A stretch of DNA of 61,807 nt, the filler included, from Choristocarpus tenellus KU-1152 (lineage: Eukaryota > Protista > Phaeophyceae), in assembly GCA_964200185.2 (NCBI GenBank). It is 8 parts of 8 records of this genome, joined end to end, with 100 filler letters (N's around TTAATTAATTAA, not from the genome) between each part and the next. Parts side by side here need not be neighbours in the genome. Positions count along the whole stretch, not along the records: positions 24,255 to 27,152 come from CAXNAD020023805.1; positions 27,253 to 51,485 come from CAXNAD020000221.1; 6 more parts are not named here. One strand, 5' to 3'. The position numbers and the translations under genes were made by a program. Numbering within the stretch: the first letter of the stretch is position 1; every line of letters starts with the position of its first letter. Positions 24,811 through 36,500 of the stretch are shown piece by piece. The notes below the pieces were generated by a model that did no database searches, had not been told where the DNA came from, and saw nothing but the letters and a program-made list of their open reading frames with translations.

Positions 24811-26460
24811 GAGAGGTAGGTGTACAAAGATTCTAAACAGACTACCTGCGCCACACGTATAACCTGGGTTGTTCAGCCATCTCACCATTCGTCGTTCCAT
24901 CTCTTCTCTGCAATCTATAGCTGGACCAGGGTTGGTATCGATTGGCAATGAAACCTTACAACCTATGTCTAGTCGATAGGTGGTTGGCACGTACAGTTCG
25001 GATAGTCTGAACTAGATTCGTATACAAAATACATATGGCGCCAGTGGTGCTCGAACCCGAGCAATTAATACAGGTAAATATCCAAGCGACGAGGTCACCA
25101 GTGTTACCTTGATTATTAACTACTATTAATATTGTGTTAGAATCAATAATTTGAAGTCGCAATAACATCTGGTTTTGAGGAGGTTTTCGATCTTGTATCC
25201 AGAAGAGATACATTTTCTTTATACTCGCTACTCTTCCAACTTTCACAATACCGTTGATTATTTACATACTCATATAATTTACTCTTGACATAACAAGATC
25301 GATCGTCATGCAACATGAGAACCGTTTTTTCAACAAACTGACTACATGCCTCAAAGGGTCTGTGATCATGAACATAACAGACTTATGTCAAGGAATGTCA
25401 TACAGAGATGCATATGCGATTTCCACTAGTTAGGATCTTGAGATTCCGTTTCTTCAACAAACTGATACTCTAACTGTTGTAGTACTTGTTTGAGCAAGTA
25501 GTATTATTACATATTATTATTTATTTTCGGTTTGTGTAGTGCCCCAACCTGTCGTCTGATACATCTTACACTAAATTAGTACAACTACAACAATAATAGT
25601 ATGCAGGTCTGGTTCTTGCTTTCTACCATGTTGGTAACTCCTCTTTGCCCTTCCTCACCCCTCGAATCCTGTGCTGAATCCCACTCGATATTGGCACCTC
25701 GATCTTGTTCTGATGTTTTGGCGGTATATACCCACAGATTGGATAGGTAGTGAGTCCTTCGTTGGCTGTAGAGAGACGGATATGAAGTACAATAGAGTGT
25801 TCTCCAGTCAGTTGACTAAGACCTTTCCACTATTTTGTACTCCATGCACCTTCTGCAAAGAACAGAACGAACAATGCATGACAAGTATACACTATATACT
25901 ATCCATTTATTGCACGAGAACAAAGTAGGAATGATGATACTACTGATCAATACAGGAATAATCGCGTCCAAGAACATGCAAAAAATAAAAGAAAAAAAGA
26001 GAGCAATCAAGAATGACCCAAGAAGGGGCAAGATAAGCGACCTACTTGAGGGAATAAAAATCGTGTAATACTCTGTACACAGTTTACAGCATGGGGAGGG
26101 CATCCCTCCTGTGCCTGCCTGACCCATACGACTGATGGGAGGAGGAGATTTGTGTCGAAGAGGGCAGATGTTTCTTGTTATAATAGGTTTTGAAGCACAA
26201 TTTTTGACATCTAACATTGTTATACATAGTTGTTGGCACCCTTTGTAAAGAATACCATTAGGTATGACATCCCTGAAAACTATATGCATGTATGGTACAG
26301 ACATTAATGTTTTTTTCTCCTCCACTATATTATATCTTCAAAAATGTCAGTGTGCATAAAGAAATGTACAGAAACATAGCTCAATCAATGTATATCTCTC
26401 TTTGGGATGAGTGTCAACAGCTAGCTAGCTATATTTTGATCAAGTCTGTGCAACTCAATA

Positions 26461-26650
26461 GAGCTAAACTAGTTGAGAGGTAGGCAGGTTTAGACCCTTC
26501 CCCATTCTAGGCTATCCTTCTTACCTTGTGCAATACATTATATTTCATTGCTTTTGTGTGCACAATAGTGTGCGCAGAATTGATATCCTCCCCTTCCACG
26601 CACAAAGTGACACCACATTTCAGCAAAGATCCTTTCTTCAATTGTACGAA
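26461..26650 (+). mobile_element. MITE family C, 3' truncated
   Basis: gagctaaactagttgagaggtaggcaggtttagaccctt plus matching interior. Confidence 0.75.
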
Positions 26651-27134
26651 ATGGTTGGTAGCAATAGGAAATACTACAAGATTACGAGTAGTTTATGGAT
26701 GGGATTGTCGCAGCTAGTTGCAAGCAATGAGATGGTGAAAACGAGAAATACGTTTCTATTGTTGCTGTTGTTGGACGTAGTACATAGTCCCAACAGTGCT
26801 ACTGTATTGGAGTGGTTGCATATAGACAATTGGCAACATTGAATATGTGCAAATGTCAGTGGGTGCAAATTGTTAGAATGATTATTTTCGATGTATATAT
26901 GCATCTGCAACATGTTCGCTTATGTGTGTGTAATGGTCTCTGCTTCCCCCTGATAATATGTGCCTACTGCTTAACAATTTTAGTGCGAATATTCTCATGT
27001 TTATTTATGATAATATAGTAAAACATATTGCGCATAGTACATGCAAGGTATAATTTAAATAAATAGAGTTCTGGACCACGAAGAGCGCCCTATCGACCAC
27101 ACGTGTGTGTTAGGGGGTTGCAAAGCAAAAAATA

Positions 27135-27447
27135 GGTTCAAAGTATCTGGGGNNNNNNNNNNNNNNNNNNNNNNNNNNNNNNNNNNNNNNNNNNNNTTAA
27201 TTAATTAANNNNNNNNNNNNNNNNNNNNNNNNNNNNNNNNNNNNNNNNNNNNGGGCGGGGGTGGGGGGGGGGGGGGGGGGGCGGGGGGGGGGCGGTCTAC
27301 ACCAGGGTGTCCATTCGGGCCCTGACTAGGAGAAGTGCACTTACATTTATCCATCCAACGCATTCAACCAAATCACCCAAAAATTGCGACATGGAAAAAT
27401 GGGCCCCAAATAGACAGCCGCCACCCCCCCTCCAGATACTTTGAGCC
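27135..27447 (+). mobile_element. MITE family B broken by a gap in its poly-G tract
   Basis: Left TIR at 27135-27152; remainder at 27253-27447. Confidence 0.8.
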
Positions 27448-27564
27448 TTGCTATCACCACAAAACTTATGTGCCTGAACTTATAGAGATATTATTAGTTG
27501 CCCTTCTGCGATGGTTTGATGTTTTCTTTTTCCATTGATGTGAGAGCCAAGACCATGAGCTCAC

Positions 27565-30500
27565 CTCCTTTGTGCCAGGGTCAAGATACAGTCGTTCCAT
27601 TATCATAATGCTGAGCTCCACAAAGAATGACACAACGAAGTCCTAAACAGGAAGAGTGACAAGAACGCATGTGACATTTAGTTCAAGTTGTGGGTAATGT
27701 ACACAAATTCTTGGTCGGCCTTATGAGCTCAACATCAAGTATTTTTGAGGGTGTTGTTATTCTCATGCAATTCTCCCTCTGACCTAATGCAATTCTAACC
27801 TAATGGAACTCTAAACTAATGCAACTCTAACCTTGCAGTGGTACGATTGGAGGGAGAATTGAAGATTGAATCCGCCAGTCATTTCAATTCTTGCTGGCGG
27901 GCATCTATGATATTAGCTCCTGCTCATAGAGCTGGTCATAACGTTACTAGCCTCCCGAGATACTTCTCATCCTGTTTATGAGATCTTGCTCCTCAAAAAA
28001 TTGTCACCCAACAGGCCTACTGATGTATGCCTTGAGGTAGTGTTTCATGCTTTGAGTGCATGATCTGTTACTCCTTTAGAGCTCTCTAATTTCCAACCAA
28101 AGCTCAAGATCAAACCCTATATACTGAGTGCATACATGCTATCCCCCTCCTCATGGTACTGACAAGCAGTAATCTTTGGAAACCTACCTGCTACCTGGGG
28201 AAGGTGTGAAGGTTTTGAAAGGGTTCAGGAGTTTTTTTGCTCATAGAAATATGACATATCTTAGAGGCATAAAACTACTTGCTACAACATGTGTTTTGGT
28301 TGTAAGAAATGCATAGTACTTGCCTTGAAGTCGTCTGCTCCCATTGTGACAAGTGCTTCTGTGATACCAATACTGACGAGGAGGGGTGAGACCAAGAGAT
28401 GCTCCCGTAGGAGACCCTCCATAATTAAATCCATCACCATCTGAATACGGAGGGGCAACTCTAGTCAGAGATGTCAACGTAAGGCTGTGTCCAGACTTTT
28501 TCCGATTTTTATACCCCATGCAGATTAATTTAATTCCAAATAGAAAGTGAGCACAACACAGTGAAATATTGACCTGGAAATCAGCAATTGGGGGTTCCAA
28601 TAATAGGGGCACTCATTGCATTGGTGCACTGTTTAGAATCAAAGTATCTCAGAGGGTAGAGCCACGTCCATTTGGGGTCAAAATCCAATGTTGCGATTTT
28701 GATGTGATTTTGGCTATTGTGTTTATTAGGAAGTGTCCATATCCTTGTTCCAAAACACTCTTTCATAACATACACATTTTACCTACTCCGAAACATTTCG
28801 GAATATGAAAATGTCATAAAAAAACCTGTGGGAAGCCAACTCCCAAATGGACAAACAGGGCAAATCTCGTACCCTCTAAAATGCTTTCGCTCTTACCTGA
28901 GCTATTTTGAAGCCAACAATGAACTGGTAGACGTAAGTGGAGAAGGTACTGGAGTAAGAGAATTCCCATATACAGAGGAGGAAGCACTGGATGATGATGC
29001 CTCCCCATAAGAGGTGCGCCCGCTTCCATTGGTTTGGTGCAAATACGGGGGATGGCTGAGGCTTTTCCTGCAGGAGAGGTTTGGGAGGGTTCATATTTAT
29101 TGAATGCAAGAAAATCGAAATTTTTTGTGACTCTGCCAAGTTCAGACAGTTTGCATGGAGATATGGTGCATGTTGCAGATAGCTTTTGAGTGTATAATAT
29201 CACATTGTCCATGCATAATGAAACAAATGTTCTGTTGATTGGTGGGGTTGGGTTCACAAAGGACCTGTTGACTTTTCATTAAGATGTTTTGTATGAGTGT
29301 CTAGCAAGACCCTCTATTTCCGATGTCGAATATCTATGCCCTCTTTCTGGAACATTCAGACAAAAAATTGGTTGATTGCTATGCCTTCCAAGCAAGAGTA
29401 CCGCAGAAACAGCAGATTTGACTGCCACAAATGTATGTGCTGACCCCAATGCAACATGAGCAATGCCAAGGACGTGACATGTTGATGATATTTTTGATCA
29501 AGATTTAGAGACGAATTCTGCATACACCCTGATGTTGCAGTTTTCAGGTTGTCAAACATAGTCAACAAAGAACAACCCCAAAAAACGAAAAATATGGTCT
29601 ACCTCTTCGTCATCATAGTAGTACATATCCTTGGCAAGGTTTGCTTCACGAAGAGCAGCCTCTTCCTTTGACCAATCTGGAACAAATAGCTCCACTGAAG
29701 TGATTGACAGGTATAACATTGCAGCCGCAAGGCAGACACCAATACGGCCAGTACGATACTGCAGTACTCGATCAGATGTCAGGACCAGGTTATCCTGCCA
29801 ACTTCTACAAGATTATTAACACCGAAACAGTGGGTAGTCAGTGGGTAGTCAGGAGGATGGTGCTGCAGTCCTGCATGGAATTTGACCCACTACTTTGAAG
29901 TGCCAAGGAGAATTTGGTGGACATTTATAACGTTTGAACACCAACAATATATTTCAAAGTCAATCTGAACAATATTTGGCTGATACTTGAGACCGTTGGA
30001 GGAGGGAATGTGATGTGGTTGTGGTAGATACCTCCTCAGATTGTTCATTTCTATGATGAATATTCAGTATGAAACATACAATAGTACCCACCCTGCTATG
30101 CCCTCAAAGTTGAGGATCGATGGCCTGTTCATTGTGTCGCTGGAAGATACAAAACTTCCTTCACCGAACCACAACCAGATAAAAACAACAGTTGAAATAG
30201 CCGGGACAAGTGCCAGGATTATTCCTTCGGATGGGGCCTCCGAAATTAGATGGAAGAGGATAGAACCATGGAAGGGTGGAGGGCGCCGTAGCTTTGTCAG
30301 GAAGCGGTTGATTCCCCATACAATAGCAGCCTCTGTCACAGCAAGTATCCTGGTGGAATAGAAAAGAGATTCAAAACAGTATGTTAGAGAGTATAAGTAA
30401 ACGAGAGGTACCCAGGAGTTTTTCTGTTTTGCATTTGATGCCAGTGCTTAGTCTTTCGCAAACCACCCATGTTTCTATGGATGAAGTACTAAGTTTGATG

Positions 30501-33500
30501 CTTAGTCTTTCTGATTGTTATTGATGAAGTACTAAGTTTGACCCGAGAGTGTTGATTTCTCTATTGTGTGAATGATTTGGACATAGTTCAAAGACATCCT
30601 ATACTCACTTGTAAAACAGAAAATTTTGCACATACTTGTCGAAATCCACAAAATGCAACCCTAACCCTGGGTACCTCTTGTTTACTTTGACTCAGGGCAG
30701 GGACAATCTTGCGACAACTATCTTGTTCTATTGTAGGTTGAATACTCTGGGAATTGGGGTTAAGGATGGTCAATGGGGTAGAACATTGCTGCTTAAGGGA
30801 TGTTGAGACCGCACATATCAAGGACTGCAAATAGCCAGTTTCCTACACTGACAACAAGAGGGAGAACAAAGGGATTGTCCGAGTAAGCTTGACTCACCCC
30901 ACAGCTGTGAAAAATACCATGTAGACCATGGAGTCAAACTCGAAGGAGTTGAGAAGGTCCAGCCATGTCAAGGCTGTATACTGAACCTCTAAGATGAAGC
31001 CATAGTCCTTCAGGTCGCCATTGTAATCTACTTCACAAGGTTCGATACCCTTTTCAAGGCAAGTAGGATGAATAGTCATGCAAGTCAATTAGAACACTGG
31101 CTCAACACGGGCCCAGTTTACACCTATACTAGACACTGACAAAAGATCAAGCAAGATGGAACTGATAGGGACTCGCTAGATATTCTGCCAAATGGATTTA
31201 GAAAGTATTTGTCCTATAGTACGGTACTCTGAGGAGGTACATTCCACTACGTGGTACTTTCCACTATGTTGAAGCATGTTTTTCATTTGTGTTCCTGTTA
31301 TTTATTAGGAGTTGACGCTATGTGCTACACTAAGCAATCAGAAATAGAAGGACACAATATATTATTGTTAGATGTGGCGCAGTATGTCGCACCGATGCGT
31401 GCAATTTGACCAAGCCAGAACAATTCACCCTGAAGGACACCAAACACACTCAACAATCTCGGTTATATTTGTGCTACAGAGTGCTGCTCTAGGTCCAGGT
31501 GAGATTTCTGACCTGGACCTAGAGTAATTGAATACTGGCAGCTACTACTGATCCCTAACCTGCGCAGCAAAATTCTCAAGGAGGACAGCGTTCCCTCCGT
31601 AATCCATAGGTGGAATAGTTGTACAGAGTTCAGTGAAGTCAAAGTACATGTCCACCATGCGCTTAGTTCCTCGCTGTCTTTGATAGTAGTTGATTGTCAG
31701 CTGCATAGAGAATCAATTGTGAAGTTGTTTGAGTCGTGTAGAATCAGGTGCTTAAACAATAGCAACTGGGCACAGTGATGGGAGGGAGGTAAACTAATGC
31801 TGACGTGGATTACATTTGAAAACCTGCACCATGCGAGTATGATAGGTTTGACCTGATTACTGATGCTATCGAATGAAAGTATCTTAGGGTTAGGGTACGA
31901 GTTTTGCCCTGTTTGTCCATTTGGGGCTTGGCTCCCCATGTTTTTTTTCATGACATTTTCCTACTCCAAAATGTGTCGGAGTATGTAAAATTTGTACGTT
32001 ATGAAAAGGTGTGTCGGGAACAAGGATATTGACACTTCTGACAAACACGATAGCCAAAATTATATCAAAATCGCAACATTGGATTTTAGTCCCCAAATGG
32101 ACGCGGCGCTACCCTCTAAGATACTTTGGCTCTATCTCTCTAATCAGGGAGGCAAGTTCCATGATGTACAAGAATGTCAATCTGAGCTACTCGTTTATGG
32201 CAATCCTTGTGTTTGCACTTCAGAGTATCTTGTTTCTCAAAATAAAAGCAGAAGTTCCATAGGTAGTGTGTGGTGCAGTACCTTCACATGTTGCGGTTTT
32301 GTGTAGTCAGCGCCTGGGTTCTCTTCCGATACTTCTACTGGTACAAACAGGTATGTGCCAATAAGGTTCTGTAAAAATGATATTAAAATAACGAAGCAAT
32401 GAGAACAGGTCAGGAGACACACATTCAAGATGAGGAGTGGTGATGAGACATGGGATGTATCGTATAGATCTGAAGAACAGATGATGCCTAGGATGCTTGT
32501 TCTGTGCTCTTGTATTAATTATACACAATGACAATGGGAGAGCAGGAGAAAGCTTTGTCTTCAGTTTATAGCAATTTTGTTGAATGAAAGTCAAGTTGTT
32601 GGATCATGAAATAGTGAGGTTGGATCAGAAGAGTTGTGATCATGCTTGTACTTGGTTGAAACAATGTGGAGGGTGCCTTTTGCTTTCACTACTTTTGCAT
32701 GCACACTTTTGCTATCCTTAGGACAGTGTTCTACTTCGAGGAGAACAAGTCACCTTGCGCTCTTGATGCAGGCAACACCCCCCGAAAAACTACTATTTTC
32801 TTATGCTTCTAGTAGGAAACAGGCCAATGAATGCATGTAGATGTATATGCGGATCTTTGACAATGATGACTGCTTTTTTGGTAGGTATTGTATATACGTA
32901 ATACATCGAGCTTCTCAGAGAAGCTAGTGTGACAATTCTTAATCAACCTCAATCTTCCTCTACAGGTAATTTGTAGTCACATTTTGATTGGTGCACACAG
33001 TGTGCAGTACCTCGTGATCCAATTGTAAAGAACATTAATCAGTTGAGAAGAATATTTGGCCACTAATTCATGCTTGGAAAACAATGCTACGAACATGTAC
33101 TAGTGTATCTTGGCTGTCCCTTTGCCGATATTCTCTTCCCTAGTAGCACATAATCCGTAATCCAGTGATCCCTCTGACTGAGGAGGTATCACCCAATTCA
33201 GTAGTACTTCAATGACCTTGAAGTGCAAGCATTTGCAACTGATATAAAGAAATCACCTACAACTTAACATGCACACATCTGGGCACGATATTTTTCAGAC
33301 CTCTAGAGTAGAACTCCTTCCCCATCTGGTGAGGAGTTCACCATTTCTGTTGTAGGACTCTTCAAACTCTTCTGGCTCGATTGGGTTCTTGGTGACGTGA
33401 AAGATGGTGGTACCAGCTGGTGCCTGGAACCACCTGGTAAATTTAACACACATAGCTCAGTCTCCTTGTTCCTTTGAACCCAATGTGTCACAAAAGTCAG

Positions 33501-36500
33501 AATGGACTGTAGGTAGCAGATGTGAGTTAGTAAACAAGAAAATGAGTAACTCATTCCCTTTTTCTCTTGGGTGATCAACAGAGAGACGAATGCTGGAATC
33601 TGAATGAGAATTAGTCTCAACTGCCATTCATCTGCAAAACTATCTGGTAAAACTCAATTTATCTGCGCACAAGCAAGTGTGAAGATAGTCTGAAGATAGT
33701 CTGAAGATAGTCTGGAGATAGTCTGAAGATAGTCTGAAGACAGTCTGGAGATAGCCTGAAGATAGTCTGAAGATAGTCTGAAGACAGTCTGGAGATACCA
33801 CAAATGTACTCCTACTAAATGCACTAGAATTGGGGGCGGTGAATATCTGTGTGATTATTTTTTCTTATCTTCAATAATTTAAGGGGTTACCTAGGCTTGG
33901 ATGAGGGGTTTTTGATATCCTCCTCAAATGTGCAGTCAAGATATATTCCTCGGGTCTGGGCATCAACGACAAGAACACCATTCTCATCATAACGATCCTG
34001 TGACGTTAGTTGTACTTCACAAGTATCTGCAAATGACTCTTTGCCCACACTTGTCCATTGATTGATCGCCTCTGTTCGCTCATAGGGAATCTGGAAAATT
34101 TTGACATTCAAGGGAAAAAAACAAAACGTAGAGTCACAGATACATTGAAGCACACGCTTGCATTGCATTGGATTGTTTTGGGGTCTTGCATTGAATACAG
34201 CAATACAATAAAATACAATACCATACAATACAATACAATACAATATAATACTGTTTACCATCTATTGTCACATCATTTGACTTAGTTGAAAGTCAAGCAG
34301 CAAGTGGCAGCATCCCTGGTTTCAAGGCCAGGAAAGAAGGTAAAACTGAAATTAGTTAGTTTCCCAAACAGAATGCACCCTACTTTGTGAAGAAAATGTT
34401 TAGTTTGAATATGGTGTGTTCAGTCTGCAGCCTTTCCTACCCAATTGGTCATAAATTCTTTCCATTAAATTATTACTGTAATTTTAATTGCCTTGGGCTC
34501 AAAGCATCAGGGGGGGGGGAGGTCTACACAAGGTTGTCCATTCGGACCCTGACCAGGAAAAGTGCACTTACATTATCCATCCGACACATTCAACCAAATC
34601 ACACAATAATCGTGACATGGAAAAGTGGGTCCCACATGGACAGCCGCCACCCTCTCCCTATATACTTTGAGCCTTGGAATCACTCCTGTTGAAAACTTAT
34701 GCAATACCAACACCAACATGTGGAAAGATAACAAGAAATTACAAGAGTTCCACCTTGTTCCAGCAACATCCTCCTGCTACTCTAGTGGGGAATGGGTATG
34801 TACATCGAAATCGCAACATTGTTTTTTGGCCCCCAAATGGATGCGACTCTACCCTCTAAGATACTTTGGCTCAATGAGAATCCTTGATATGGAGTCTCTT
34901 CCTTCCTTGAGGAAGAATTCAGAGACACGTGCCCAATAGGATCAATTTTAATATTTGGTAGAAAATATCAGAAAAATTCAGGAAGATAAGGAGGGACATC
35001 ATGGCGAAGCTATACACACCTTATACTACGGAAGTACTACAATGAGGGTTTACTTGTTCAAAAGACTGAAAGTTTATTGGTTGAAATTTTATTGGTTGAA
35101 AGTTTATTGGCTGAAGTTTATTGGTTGAAAGTTTATTGGTTGAAAATTTATTGGTTGAAAGTTTATTGGTTGACGAGGCACATGCCCCGCTTGAGTTTGA
35201 CTGCTGAGTCAAACTAAGCTAGTCGTACTCAGGTTTTGTGCGTTTTTCATTTTAGGCTATTTTTTTCATCCATTACAATTCACTCTTATTTTCATGGTTG
35301 AAGTTCTAATATTAGCTTGAGAGCATTGATTTCTCGTCTAATTTTCTTTTACGCAATTCAGGAAATTTCCATACACGTTTGTAGAAAAAGTCGAATTTTG
35401 AACATAGTTCTCATTATCGCTCAAATGTTACTCTGGGTATCTCTCGTTTACTTTGGTTCTCTTATCATCCAATCAAATCTCTCGTTTACTTTGAAACAGA
35501 GCGAATAATGTCATCCATATGGGGTGAGATCAGTAGAACAGAGATTAGCTACTTTCATGGCTTACTGAGCATACTTCTTTGGTACTATCCAAGATTTGTT
35601 GATGTTTCCATCACCAACTGGAAGTACTTTCCATAGCTATATATGTAGTACTTATTTGACTATAATTTCGGTGAGGCGATATCACTTATTTGTCCTCACC
35701 CGTGTACAGTCAGGGTGTGTCTCAACAAGTTTGGCAAAACTCATATGGTTCCCATATCCTGCGCAGGAGCTCAGGAACGGAAAGTAAGGTGTAGACAAGA
35801 ATGAATTTTCTCCTGCTGGATCCCCTGAGAGCCACCAACTTGCATCCTCATAGACATCAGCATAGGCTGGACGAACTACACTTCTTTCCAGGATACTGTC
35901 ATAGTCCGGAATGGTTGCATTCTCCCCGTTGAAGTATGCCTATAAAAGAAGAGCAGGATATAGTATTTCAGAGAAGAAGTGAGTAAGGGACAGGTGTGAG
36001 AACTGCATATGAAGACTTTTGTGGGAATTGGTGGGGTTTTGAAGGTATGGTAATTGTGAAAGGATGTTGATGGAAGAAAAGATATGTTATTGCAAATTGT
36101 GAATATGCAGTTTGTTGCTGGACATGTATTGCTAAATATGCTACTTCACAAGGGCTGCAGTGCTAGTGAGAAGGTTCCATATTAGCAAGGAAAGGTACTA
36201 GGATCTTTGCGTTCAATTTGCCAGTCCTCTTCAAGGATTAGGGTTAGGGTTAGCTGCATCAAGGGGATGATAGAAAAGCGCACACTTGGGCAGAAGCACC
36301 ATGTAACATGCTATATGGTGGTTATCCGGTTATCCACTTCAAAGACAGCTGATAATCAACACCGAGCACTCCCTTTACTCATTGTCTTTATCCTAGTTTA
36401 CTCAACAAGGTAGTGTGAAAGGTCTATTCCAGTATTTCATGAGGCATGAAGAGATAGCAGCTAGTACTACTATTTCCAGAGCCTATTCCAGTGTGTATCT

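Noticed and set aside
25816-26325. Hydrophobic 169-aa ORF as continuation of the giant gene
   Set aside because: No convincing sequence continuity; hydrophobicity may reflect T-rich DNA.
28636-32132. MITEs as introner elements
   Set aside because: They lie within larger pre-existing introns and do not supply both splice sites.
33680-35173. Short regular repeats as a CRISPR array
   Set aside because: Head-to-tail with no unique spacers; eukaryotic introns; no cas genes.
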